DNA from: Planctomycetota bacterium
GTDB lineage: Bacteria; Planctomycetota; Phycisphaerae; Phycisphaerales; SM1A02
Direction: 5' to 3'
Assembly: GCA_009924765.1 (NCBI GenBank)
Contig: RFQW01000001.1
Coordinates: forward strand, 1 to 25,861
Length of the DNA stretch: 25,861 bases
The notes under the pieces: model-generated
The model's input: the letters and a program-made list of their open reading frames with translations, nothing else
What the model was told of the DNA's origin: nothing
Databases searched by the model: none
Translations under genes and position numbers: made by a program
Part shown: positions 7,738-18,210 of the stretch, in pieces
How the letters are laid out: every line of letters begins with the position of its first letter
How positions within the stretch are numbered: position 1 is the first letter of the stretch

Positions 7738-10700
7738 TCAGCTGCAGCCCATGCTGTTGCCGCAGTTGAGGCACCGGTAGCAGGTGCCGTTCCGGACGGT
7801 GATCGATCCGCATCCGTCGCAGGCGGGCGCGTCACCCATGAGGGTGGCCGTTGCCTGATCGAGCACGCTGACGCGCTTGGTGGCGACGGTGGTCTCCGTG
7901 ACCACGCTCACCCCAGCCGAATGTGCGCTCGTCGACACGTCCGACTCGGTGATCTGCGTGGTCTCGGACAGGATCGAGGCGATCCTCTCCGAGCCGCGCG
8001 GGGAATCCGTGGACGACCCTGACGCGCCCATGTCGCTCGACGAAATCCGGTCGCCGAGGCGAGCGGATGCGCCGTCCGTGCGATGCTGCCATGCTGTGTC
8101 CTCCTTGACGCCACGTCCGTGATGATCGGCCAGCGGCTCCGCCGTGACCGGTGCGGCGACCGACGCAGGTCGCCGCGGTGCGTTCTGATCCCGATAGCCG
8201 GCGATGAACTGCATGCCCATCCACCGGAAGATGTAGTCCACCAGGCTCTTCGCGAAGGGGATGTCCGAGTTGGTGGTCATGCCCATCGGCTCGAAGCGCT
8301 GGTGCGCGAACTTGTTCACCAGGCTCTCCACCGGCACGCCGTACTGCAGGGCCACGCTGATCGCGGTGCCCAGCGAGTCCATCAGGCCGCCGATGGTGGA
8401 ACCTTCCTTCGCCATGGTGATGAAGAGCTCGCCCGGGCGGCCGTCCTCGTAGAGACCCACGATGAGGTAGCCCTCGTGGCCCGCCACGTTGAACTTGTGC
8501 GTGATGCTGCCGCGCGTCTCGTTCAGACGACGACGCATGGGCCGCTCGATCACGCGCTCCACCACGCGCTCCACGATGCGCTCCACGAATCGGTCACCCT
8601 CCACCAGGACCGAGCTTTCCTCGGCCACGGGGGATTCGAACGATGTCGTCGAGGTCGATGTCGCAGGCACCGCTGCCGCACGCGTCGCGCCCTGGCTGGA
8701 CGCCGCCGAAGCCACGGGCTCCCCCGCGGTGGCGGACTCCTCCAGGCCTTCGGTGTCCTCGTCTTCCTGCTCCACATCGGTCTTGGTGGAGAGGGGCTGG
8801 CTCAGCTTGCTGCCGTCGCGGTACAGGGCGTTGGCCTTCAGGCCCAACTCCCAGCTCATGCGGTACGCGTCGCCGATCTGCTCGACCGTCGCCTCCGAAG
8901 CCATGTTGATGGTCTTCGAGATGGCGCCCGAGATGAAGGGCTGCGCCGCGGCCATCATGTGGATGTGGCCTTCGGGGCGGATGAACCGCGTGCCGGTGGG
9001 GCCACACTTGTTGGCGCAGTCGAACACCGCCAGATGCTCCGCCTTCAGGTGCGGTGCACCTTCCACGGTCTGGGTGCCGCAGATTCGGCGGTTCAGCGAC
9101 TCGATCTGCTTCTTCTTCAGGCCGAGCACCTTCAGGCCGTTGAACTTGCCGTCGGCCTTGGCCGCAGCGGGGTCAAGGCCGGCGGCCTCGAGCACCTGCG
9201 TGGGCATGCTCCATGCGCTGAACGCGAAGCCCAGCTCGAACATCATGGGCAACTGGTTCTCGAGTGCCACCAGGTTGTCGCCGGTGTAGCCCTTGGCGGT
9301 CAGGTGCTGACGGAACGTGGGGCCCGTGGCCGGAATGCGGCCATCCGCATCGGGCATGGGGGTGTCCAGGTTCAGCGTGCCCATGACGTGCGCCAGGATC
9401 TCGTCGGTCTGCGTGGCGCTGTAGCCGAGGGCCTTCATCGCCGGACGCAGGCTCTGGTTGGCGATCTTGAAGTAGCCGCCGCCGGCGAGCTTCTTGAACT
9501 TGGTCAGCGCGAAGTCGGGCTCCACGCCGGTGGTGTCGCAGTCCATCAGCAGGCCGATGGTGCCGGTGGGGGCGATCACGGTGACCTGCGCGTTGCGGAA
9601 ACCGAACTTGGTTCCGAACAGCAGCGCGTCGTCCCATGCGGCGAGCGAACGGGCGAGCATGTCGCCGGCGTTCGCCAGCGGAACCTTGCCGGCCTTGAAG
9701 ATGCCGTGGTCGATCGACACCGGACGGATGCGCAGCGACTCCCACTCGGAGGCGTCGCGAGCGGTGCCGTAGGCCGCGCGGCGATGGTTGCGGATGACCC
9801 GCAGCATCTCCTCGCGGTTCTCGGCGAAGCCATCGAACGCGCCGTGCTCGGCGGCCAGCAGGGCGCTGGCGGCGTAGCTGCGACCGGTCAGGATGGCGCT
9901 GAAGGCGCCGCGCGACCTTCATCGCTGTCGTAGGGAATGCCCGCCTGCATCAGCAGTGCGCCCAGGTTGGCGTAGCCAAGACCCAGCGTGCGGTACTTCC
10001 AGCTGCGCTCGGCGATCTCCTTGGAGGGGAACGCCGCCATCAGCACGCTGATCTCCAGCACCACGGTCCACAGGCTGATCGCGTGCTCGTAGGCCTCGAG
10101 GTCGAAGTTGCGGGTCTCGGGGTCGTACAGCTTGAGCAGGTTGATGCTGGCCAGGTTGCACGCCGTGTTGTCCAGGAACATGTATTCGCTGCACGGATTG
10201 CTGGCGTTGATGCGGCCACCGTTGGGGCAGGTGTGCCAGGCGTTGATGGTGCTGTCGTACTGCAGGCCCGGATCGGCGCAGCGCCATGCGGCGAAGCTGA
10301 TCTGGTTCCACAGGTCGCGCGCCTTCAGCTTCTTGGCCACCTTGCCGTCGGTGCGACGGATCAGGTTCCAGTCGGCGTCGGCATCGACGGCTTCCATGAA
10401 GGCATCGCTCAGGCGCACGGAGTTGTTGCTGTTCTGGCCGCTGACGGTGTAGTAGCTCTCGCCGTTGAAGTCGTAGTCAAGCTTCAGGCCGAGGCGCTGC
10501 GCCGTCTCCTTTTGCTCGGGGGTGAAGTGCTTGGCGCCTTCCACCAGCGCTGCCACCTTCAGCTCCTCGCGCACCTTCCAGTTGACGAAGGCCTCGACAT
10601 CGGGGTGATCCACGTCCAGGCACACCATCTTGGCGGCGCGACGCGTGGTGCCACCGCTCTTGATGGCGCCGGCGGCGCGGTCGCCGATCTTCAGGAAGCT

Positions 10701-11417
10701 CATCAGGCCGCTCGACTTGCCGCCACCCGACAGCGACTCGTTCTCGCCGCGGACCGAGCTGAAGTTGGTGCCGGTGCCCGAACCGTACTTGAACAGGCGG
10801 GCCTCGCGGGTCCACAGGTCCATGATGCCGCCTTCGCCCACCAGATCATCGGCCACGGCCTGGATGAAGCAGGCGTGCGGCTGCGGATGGGTGTACGCAT
10901 CGGTGGCCAGCGTCGGCGTGCCGGTGGCGTGATCGGTGATCCAGTGGCCCTGCGCGGGGCCGCTGATGCCGTAGGCGTAGTTCAGGCCGGTGTTGAACCA
11001 CTGCGGGCTGTTGGGCGCCGCGACCTGGTTCAGCAGCATCCACGCGATCTCGTCGTAGAACGCCTGCGCATCCTTGGCGCTGGCGAAGTAGCCGAACTTC
11101 TCGCCCCAGTGGCGCCAGCAGCCGGCGAGGCGGTGCACAACCTGCTTCACCGAGCGCTCGGGGCCGAGCACGGGCTTGCCGCTCGCATCGACCTTGGGCT
11201 GGCCATCGGTGCCGATCTGCGGCACGCCGGCCTTGCGGAAGTACTTGCTCACCACGATGTCGGTGGCGAGCTGACTCCAGGTGGCGGGGATTTCCGCGTC
11301 GTTCATCTCGAAGACGGTGCTGCCGTCACTGTTGGAGATGCGACTGGAGCGGGTGCTCCACTCGATCGAGGCGTACACATCCTTGTTTGGTTCGGTGAAG
11401 CGTCGGTGAATTCGCAT
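7738..11417 (-). CDS. nrdJ: Class II (adenosylcobalamin-dependent) ribonucleotide reductase with C-terminal TSCPD-like and Zn-ribbon domains; frame broken at ~9905-9915
   Basis: Motifs PNSPQWFNTG, QPHACFIQ, GSGTG, NPCSEY (thiyl radical Cys), TIAPTGT-like VIAPTGTI, QPFISGAISKTIN and terminal CDGC..CLNC..GCS. It is split into ORFs 9888-11417 and 7738-9807, but the second frame continues upstream as GAFSAILTGRSYA. Confidence 0.92.
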
Positions 11418-11459
11418 GGCTCGTTCCGTGTCCGTGTGCGAGAGGGTGAAGAAAACGTT

Positions 11460-11479
11460 GTCGCCCGCGTGCGGGCGAC
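11460..11479 (-). terminator. Possible intercistronic terminator between dcd and nrdJ
   Basis: On the minus strand, GTCGCCCG-cacg-CGGGCGAC is followed by AACGTTTTCTT. Confidence 0.4.
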
Positions 11480-11492
11480 GGGTTGCAGTGCG

Positions 11493-12083
11493 TCAGCCCT
11501 TGCTGGCGGGCGCGAGCCCGTCCACCAAGGGAAGCGTGAGTCCGGTCTGATCCTGATACTTGCCACCCTTGTCCGCGTAGCTGCTGACGCAGGTGCGGCT
11601 GGCCTTCAGGAACACCATCTGGGCGATGCCCTCGTTGGCGTAGATGCGGGCCGGCAGGGGGGTGGTGTTGCTGATCTCGATGGTGACCTTGCCGCGCCAC
11701 TCGGGCTCGAGCGGGGTCACGTTCACGATGATGCCGCAGCGGGCATACGTGCTCTTGCCGACGCAGATGGCGAGGCAGTCGCGCGGAACCTGGATGGTCT
11801 CCACGGTCTCGGCCAGTGCGAAGGAGTTGGGCGGAATGATGATGTGGTCGCGGCCGGTGCCGGCGAGCTCGACATCGATGAACAGATCGTCGGTGAACTT
11901 CTTGGGGTCGACCACCGCGGTGCCACCGCTGGTGGCGTTGGTGAACACCTTGAAGCGCGTGCCCACGCGGACGTCGTAGCCGTAGCTGCTCACGCCGAAG
12001 GAGATGCGACCCGGTCGCTTGGTCATCGACTCGAAGGGCTCGATGCCGACGCGTTCCTGGATTTCTGCATCAGACAAGACCAT
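11493..12083 (-). CDS. dcd: dCTP deaminase
   Basis: 196 aa from ATG 12083 (GAGGA SD). Motifs [49 protein letters not shown] and YADKGGKYQ. Confidence 0.93.
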   Translation of the reverse strand: MVLSDAEIQERVGIEPFESMTKRPGRISFGVSSYGYDVRVGTRFKVFTNATSGGTAVVDPKKFTDDLFIDVELAGTGRDHIIIPPNSFALAETVETIQVPRDCLAICVGKSTYARCGIIVNVTPLEPEWRGKVTIEISNTTPLPARIYANEGIAQMVFLKASRTCVSSYADKGGKYQDQTGLTLPLVDGLAPASKG

Positions 12084-12157
12084 GGGGCGCTTCCTCTGGA
12101 ACCGGTTCAGACGTGCAAGGCCCTCGGCCACGGGACCGAGGGAATGCCTCCACGACA

Positions 12158-12179
12158 TCCGAACAAATTCCGAACAAAT
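12158..12179. repeat. Perfect 11-bp tandem direct repeat TCCGAACAAAT x2
   Basis: Seen at 12158-12168 and 12169-12179, in the dcd/uvrD divergent region. Confidence 0.85.
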
Positions 12180-12289
12180 GACTGCTCTTTCGTACCGCTT
12201 CCGACACGCTTCCAGGGCCTCTGCACGCCTGCGAGGTGGTTGCGTGAGGCGGATCGTACCCCCACCCATTGGGGCCGCAAGTTCGAGTG

Positions 12290-12430
12290 ACACGAAATAT
12301 TGTGATTTCACGGAGCACCTCCACAAGTTCAACAACGGGCGCACCTTGCACATCGGCACATTCTTCACGAGACTCCAACAAATGGTGTGGAGAGGCTGTC
12401 CAATCTGTCCAAAGGCCCAAGATCTTGTGG
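12290..12430. promoter_or_regulatory. Three candidate NrdR boxes upstream of dcd-nrdJ
   Basis: ACACGAAATATTGTGA (12290-12305), CTCCAACAAATGGTGT (12373-12388) and GCCCAAGATCTTGTGG (12415-12430) resemble the acaCwAtATaTwGtgt consensus. Start-to-start spacings are 83 and 42 bp. Confidence 0.6.
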
Positions 12431-12485
12431 AGTGGGGTGCTCGGAATGGCCGAAAGCAGGCTGTTTTTGCGCTTAGACTCGCCCA

Positions 12486-14695
12486 GTGAATTCCGAAGCC
12501 CCCAATCGCCTGCTGGATGCCCTGACCGAACCCCAGCGTGAGGCGGTGCTGCACACGGCGGGACCGCTGCTGGTGCTGGCGGGGCCAGGCTCGGGCAAGA
12601 CGCGCGTGATCACGCACCGCATCGCGCACCTGGTGGAGCAGGGCGAGCGCGCGTCCAGCGTGCTGGCGCTCACCTTCACCAACAAGGCGGCGGGCGAGAT
12701 GCGTCGGCGTGTGCAGGCGCTGATGCCGGATCCGGACGAGGCCGCGCGCATCGTGGCGGGCACGTTCCACAGCTTTGGCGCGCGCGTGCTGCGGCGCTAC
12801 GCGACCGAGGCTGGCGTGCCGGCGGACTTCACGGTGCTGGATCCCGATGACCAGACCAAGGCGTGCAAGCAGGCGATCACCGAATCGGGCGAGGCACTGG
12901 ATCGCTTCTCGCCCAAGACGGTGCTGAGCGAGATCAGCGGCTTCAAGGACATGCTGATCACGCCGGACATCGCGCAATCGCAGGCGCAGGACTGGCGCGC
13001 GCGCGTGATCGCGCGCATGTACGCGGCCTACGAGAAGGTGCTGCTGCGAAGTTCGTCGCTGGACTTCGACGACCTGCTGTGCCGCACCGCCAACCTGCTG
13101 CGCACCAACGAGGCGGTGCGCGAGCAGCTGCAGGCGCGCTTTCGCAACATGCTGGTGGACGAGTACCAGGACACCAACCATGCGCAGTTCTGCACGGTTC
13201 TGGAGCTGGCGAAGTCGCATCGCCGCCTGTGCGTGGTGGGCGATCCCGACCAGAGCATCTACGGCTGGCGCGGCGCGGATCTGCGCAACATCCTGAAGTT
13301 CGAGGAGCACTTTCCCGACGCGATCGTGGTGCCGCTGGGCGAGAACTTCCGAAGCACGCACCCCATCGTGAGCGCGGCGGCCACGCTGATCCAGAACAAC
13401 CGGCAGCGTCGTCACAAGGAGCTGCGCAGCATGCGCGGCGAGGGCGAGGCGCCGCGCTACGTGCGCTGCGTGGACGAGCGCGACGAGGCGCAGCGCGTGG
13501 TGCAGGAACTGCGCGAGGCCGGCAAGCGCGGCGTGCCGTGGCGCAGCATGGCGGTGCTGTACCGCATGAACAGCATGAGCCGCGTGCTGGAGGAGGCGCT
13601 GCGGCGCGCGGACATGCCGCATCAGGTTGTGCGCGGCACGGCCTTCTACGACCGCCGCGAGGTGCGCGACCTGGTGGCGTACCTGCGACTGGCGGGCAAT
13701 CCGCACGACGAACTGGCGCTGGCGCGCATCGCCAACGTGCCCACGCGCGGGCTGGGCGACACCAGTCTGTCGCGCATCGAGCTGCATGCGGCGAAGCGGC
13801 AGCTGCCGCTGATCGAGGCGCTTCGCGTGGCGGAGGAGGCCGGCGCCTCCGCGCGTGCGGCCAACTCCGCGCGCAAGCTGGCCGAGATGATCCTGGCGTG
13901 GCGGCGCGAGGCGGAGACCTCGTCGGTGGAGGCGCTGGGCGAGCTGGTGGGTCGCGTCGCGCGCGAAAGCGGCCTGGAATCGCACTATCTGGCCGAGGAT
14001 CGCGAGTCGCCCGACGACGGCGAGAGTCGCACCGAGAACCTGGCGCAGGTGGTGAGCGCGGCGGCGGAGTTCATCACCGAGCGCATGGCGCAGGAGAGCG
14101 GCGAGATGGAAGGCACGCCGCCGCTGCGCACGGCGCTGGATGGATTGCGCGCGTACCTGGAGCGCATCGCGCTGGTGGCCGACAGCGACGCCTTCGACCC
14201 CGAGACCGGTGCGGTGACGCTGATGACGCTGCATGCGGCCAAGGGCCTGGAGTTCGGCGTGGTGTGCATGGTGGGTCTGGAGCAGGGCAGCCTGCCGCAT
14301 GCGCGCAGCATGGATTCACCCAGCGATCTGGAGGAGGAGCGTCGCCTGTGCTTCGTGGGCATGACGCGCGCCGAGGATCGCCTGATGATGTCGAGCGCCG
14401 CCACGCGCACCATGCGCGGGCAGCCGATGGCCACGGTGGAGAGCATGTTCGTGCGCGAACTGCCGCCCGAGGTGGCGCGCGAGGATGCCAGCGACTCGCA
14501 GTTCGACGGCTTTGCCGGGCACCGCGCGCCGGCGCCATGCGCGTGGGCACGCGCGTGCGTCACCCGCTGTTCGGCATCGGCGTGGTGGAGTCGGTCACGC
14601 CGCGTGGCGGCAGCACCGCGCTGCGCGTGGCCTTCAAGGCCGTCGGCAGCAAGACGCTGATCCAGGAATTCGCGCGCCTGCAGGTGATCGGCTGA
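12486..14695 (+). CDS. uvrD: UvrD/PcrA superfamily 1 DNA helicase; C-terminal Tudor-like domain out of frame (break ~14490-14535)
   Basis: Motifs [47 protein letters not shown] and [13 protein letters not shown]. The typical tail [17 protein letters not shown]...FARLQVIG is in another frame (14537-14695). Confidence 0.92.
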
Positions 14696-16833
14696 TCACT
14701 TGCCTGCGGGCTGCTTCGCGTACGAATCGCACAGACCCGTGCGCCACATGAGGAAGGACCACTGGTCCACCTGATCGCGGATGCGCGCGGCCAGCGGCTT
14801 GCCCTGACCGTGGCCGGCTTCGCGGTCCACCCACAGGAACACCGGGTTGGCGCCGGTGTCGCTCGCGTTCATGGACTGCATGCGCGCGGCCATCTTGCGT
14901 GCGTGCAGCGGATGCACGCGGCTGTCGTTCTCGCCGGCGGTGAAGAGCACCGCGGGGTACTTCGTGCCCTTCTTCAGGTTGTGGTAGGGGCTGTAGGCGC
15001 GCAGCCAGCCGAACTGCTCGGCGTTCTCGCTGCTGCCGTACTCGGGCACCCAGTACTTGGCCAGCAGGAAGTTCTGGTAGCGCAGCATGTCGAGCAGCGG
15101 CACGGCGCTGATGGCGGCGCAGAACAGGTCGGGTCGCTGCGTGATGGCCACGCCGGTGAGCAGGCCGCCGTTGCTGCCGCCCTGGATGGCGAGATGGTTG
15201 GCGTTGGTCCACTTGTTGCCGATCAGCCACTCCGCGCAGGCGTAGTAGTCGTCGAACACGTTCTGCTTGCGACCCAGCATGCCGGCCTCGTGCCAGCCTT
15301 CGCCGTACTCGCCACCGCCGCGCAGGTTGGCCACGGCGTAGATGCCGCCCGCCTCCACCCACGGCGTGATGCTGGGGTTGAAGCCGGGCTCCAGGCTCAC
15401 GTTGAAGCCGCCGTAGCCGTACAGCAGGCAGGGGTGGTCGCCGGTGGGTGCGAGATCCTTGCGGCGCACCATGAACAGCGGAACCATGGTGCCGTCCTTG
15501 CTGGCCACGCGCACGCGTTCCACCATCCACTTCGAGAGATCGACCGGCACGCTTGGCTTCCACCAGATGACGGGCTTGGGGTTGGCGAGGTCGGCCACGT
15601 GATACACGCTGCGCGGCTCGTTGTAGCTGGTGTAGCTGATGAAGGCGTCGGTGCGATCCTCGTCCACGCTGTAGGTGGCGGCGCCCAGGCCGGGCAGCGG
15701 AATCTCGCCCTGGCTCTTGCCCGAGCGATCGAAGCGCTCGAGGCGCGTGCACACATGCTTGGTGAATGCGGCGACCATCGCGCCCTTGGTGAAGCCCACG
15801 CTTTCGAGCACCTCGTCCTTGGGCTCGGGGATGATGTCCTTCCAGTTGCCGCGCGCGGCGTTGGCGAGATCGACCGCCACCAGACGCGCATGCGGCGCGT
15901 CGAGCGTGGTCATCATGTACATGCGCGCGCCGTCGAAGCCGATGGGCGTGAACTTCGCGGGCAGACCCTTGGCGATCTCGATGGCGGGGGGCGTGCGGTC
16001 GGCACCGCCTTCGCGCCAGGCCTTGAAGTCCATCACCGACAGGTCGTTCGCCTGCCAGCCGCGGCTGAAGCCGGTCATCATCCAGCGACCGTCGCGGCTG
16101 AGGCCCGCGAAGGGAATCTCGCTGGGGTTGGTCTGCTTCAGGATCACGCGATCGTTCTTCACGTCGCTGCCGAGCACGTGGAAGCGCACCTCGCGGCTGT
16201 AGGGATCCTTGGGGTTGGTGAGCGCGCTGTACAGGAAGCCGTCGTTGGTCGGGGTCCAGCCCTCGAAGTTCACCTTGCCGGTGATCACGTCGGGCTTCAG
16301 CGCGCCGGTGGCCACATCCATCACGTGCAGTTCGCTCATCTCGCTGCCGGACTTGCTGGTGCCGTAGGCAAGCAGCGTGCCGTCCTCGGTGGCGCTGTTC
16401 CAGTCGAGCGAGGTGAGGCCCTTCGCGTCCATGGTGTTGGGATCGATCAGCGTGCGCGCCGTGGCGCGGCTCGCGGGGTCGGTTCCCTTCTGCACCTTCA
16501 GCACGCCCTGGTTCTGGTCGCCGGTGCGCTCGCCGAAGAAGGCCCAGTCGCCGTGCATGCCGGGCATGCCCACGCTTGGCAGCTTCATCAGCGGCTCGAG
16601 CGTGCTGGCGATGTGCGCGCGGCAAGGCAGCGCGTCCAGCGCGGCGCGCGTGCGGTCGATCTGCATGGTGGTCCAGTCGCGCACGGCGGGCGACTCGGCC
16701 TCCAGCGTTTCCAGCCAGCGGTTCTCGTCGACGAAGGTTTCGCCGTGGATCGCGTCTCGGTGACGGGTGCGAGCGGGGCGGCGGCGTCGTTGCCGGCGAG
16801 GGCCAGCACCAGCGGAAGAATCGCGTTGATCAT
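14696..16833 (-). CDS. Prolyl oligopeptidase (S9A) with signal peptide; frame broken at ~16751
   Basis: Catalytic motifs GGSNGG, ENDSRV and AGHG. ATG 16833 gives the signal-like [18 protein letters not shown], and the downstream frame continues [14 protein letters not shown]. Removing 2 nt restores 712 codons. Confidence 0.88.
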
Positions 16834-16858
16834 GCGGGCAAGGTACCGATTACAACAC

Positions 16859-16986
16859 CCGATATGAGGGACGGGGGTCTGTATCGGACCCACGCGGCGC
16901 AGGCTGGCCAGATGCGGATGCAGGCTGAATCGAGCGGATGACCCGCGGGAGCGATGCCCGAGCGTCCGATACAGACCCCCGTCCCT
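16859..16986. repeat. Inverted repeat (23-bp perfect arms, 74-nt spacer); REP/MITE-like copy 2
   Basis: AGGGACGGGGGTCTGTATCGGAC at 16867-16889 and its reverse complement at 16964-16986. 16859-16878 is identical to the reverse complement of 3933-3952. Confidence 0.9.
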
Positions 16987-16998
16987 GTTACGCGGACG

Positions 16999-18210
16999 TT
17001 AGTGGGCGATGCGCATGCGGATGGTTTCGGGCATGGCACCCAGACCATCGAGCAGCGTGGCGTCGCCGAAGGGATCCACATCCAGGATCACGAAACTGGT
17101 GTCGCTGTCGCTCTGCAGGAACTCGGCGTGGATGTTGATGCCCGCCTTCGCCAGCAGCGTGTGCATGGTGCCCAGCACGCCCGGCACGTTGCGGTGCACA
17201 TGCAGGATGCGCAGCAGACCATCCTTCACCTGCGGCAGATCCACCTGCGGGAAGTTGACCGCCGTGGCCGTGGTGCCGTGCTTCCAGAAACGCGCCAGCT
17301 TCTCGGCCACATCCACAGCGATCGCTTCCTGCGCCTCCTCGGTGCTGCCGCCGATGTGCGGCGTGAGGATGACGTTGCCCAGTCCGGCGAGCGGCGTGCG
17401 GAAGCCCTGGCCGTTCTCGGCGGGCTCCTCGGGGAACACGTCGGCTGCGGCGCCCGAGAGATGGCCGCTGCGCAGCGCCGCCGCGAGCGCCTCGAGATCC
17501 ACCACCTTGCCGCGGCTGTTGTTGATCAGCGCCGCGCCGCGCTTCATCTGCGCAAGTTCCTTCGTGCCGATCAGGTTGCGCGTGCGATCCGTGTCGGGCA
17601 CATGCAGGCTCACCACATCGGACGCTTCCAGCACCGCCTGCAGCGAGGGCAGCGCGTGGGCGTTGCCAAGCGCCAGCCGTCGCGCGATGTCGAAGTACAC
17701 CACGCGCATGCCCAGGCCTTCGGCCAGCACGCTGAGCTGGCTGCCGATGTGCCCGTAGCCCACGATGCCCAGCGTTCGGCCGCGCACCTCGCGGCTTTCC
17801 TTGGCGCTCTTGTCCCACAGACCCGTGTGCAGCTGCGCGCTCTTGTCGAACAGGCGTCGCGACAGCGCGATGATCTCGGCCAGCGTGAGTTCGGCCACGC
17901 TGCGCGTGTTGGAGAAGGGGCTGTTGAACACGGGCACGCCGGTGCGTGCCGCGCACGCCAGATCCACCTGATCGGTGCCGATGCAGAAGCAGCCCACGGC
18001 GGCGAGTCGTTGCGCGGCGGTGAGCGATGTGGCGGGCAGACGCGTCTTCGATCGCAGGCCGATCACCGTGGCGCGTGCAAGCAGCGCGGCCAGCTGCGAT
18101 GCATCCGGGCTTCGGTCGAGCCGCTCCACATCGAAGCCCGCCTCGCGCAGCGGACCATCGGCCGCCGCGTGGATCGCCTCCACCAGCACCGCCAGCGGGC
18201 GCTCGCTCAC
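16999..18210 (-). CDS. serA: D-3-phosphoglycerate dehydrogenase (SerA, short ACT-containing type)
   Basis: Motifs GLRSKT, GCFCIGTDQVDL, FSNTRSVAEL, GIVGYGHIGSQL, NNSRGKVVD, LTPHIGGSTEEAQ and a C-terminal ACT domain (HRNVPGVL). GTGA overlap with the map stop. Confidence 0.92.
   Translation of the reverse strand: MSERPLAVLVEAIHAAADGPLREAGFDVERLDRSPDASQLAALLARATVIGLRSKTRLPATSLTAAQRLAAVGCFCIGTDQVDLACAARTGVPVFNSPFSNTRSVAELTLAEIIALSRRLFDKSAQLHTGLWDKSAKESREVRGRTLGIVGYGHIGSQLSVLAEGLGMRVVYFDIARRLALGNAHALPSLQAVLEASDVVSLHVPDTDRTRNLIGTKELAQMKRGAALINNSRGKVVDLEALAAALRSGHLSGAAADVFPEEPAENGQGFRTPLAGLGNVILTPHIGGSTEEAQEAIAVDVAEKLARFWKHGTTATAVNFPQVDLPQVKDGLLRILHVHRNVPGVLGTMHTLLAKAGINIHAEFLQSDSDTSFVILDVDPFGDATLLDGLGAMPETIRMRIAH

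Noticed and set aside
9900-9920. Programmed ribosomal frameshift or intein/intron in nrdJ
   Set aside because: No X XXY YYZ slippery site, no intein C/H-N-C termini, no inserted sequence, and residues appear to be missing rather than added.
8083-12290. Long plus-strand ORFs 8083-9933 and 10083-12290
   Set aside because: Antisense shadows of nrdJ and dcd, a known effect of stop-poor complementary frames.
12084-14300. 935-aa ORF suggesting a huge N-terminal fusion on dcd
   Set aside because: The extension is antisense to uvrD and crosses the promoter region. The real dcd starts at 12083 with a good SD.
14693-14698. Abutting stop codons of uvrD and POP forming TGATCA
   Set aside because: Tight convergent packing is common, and a 6-bp palindrome arises automatically from TGA/TCA.
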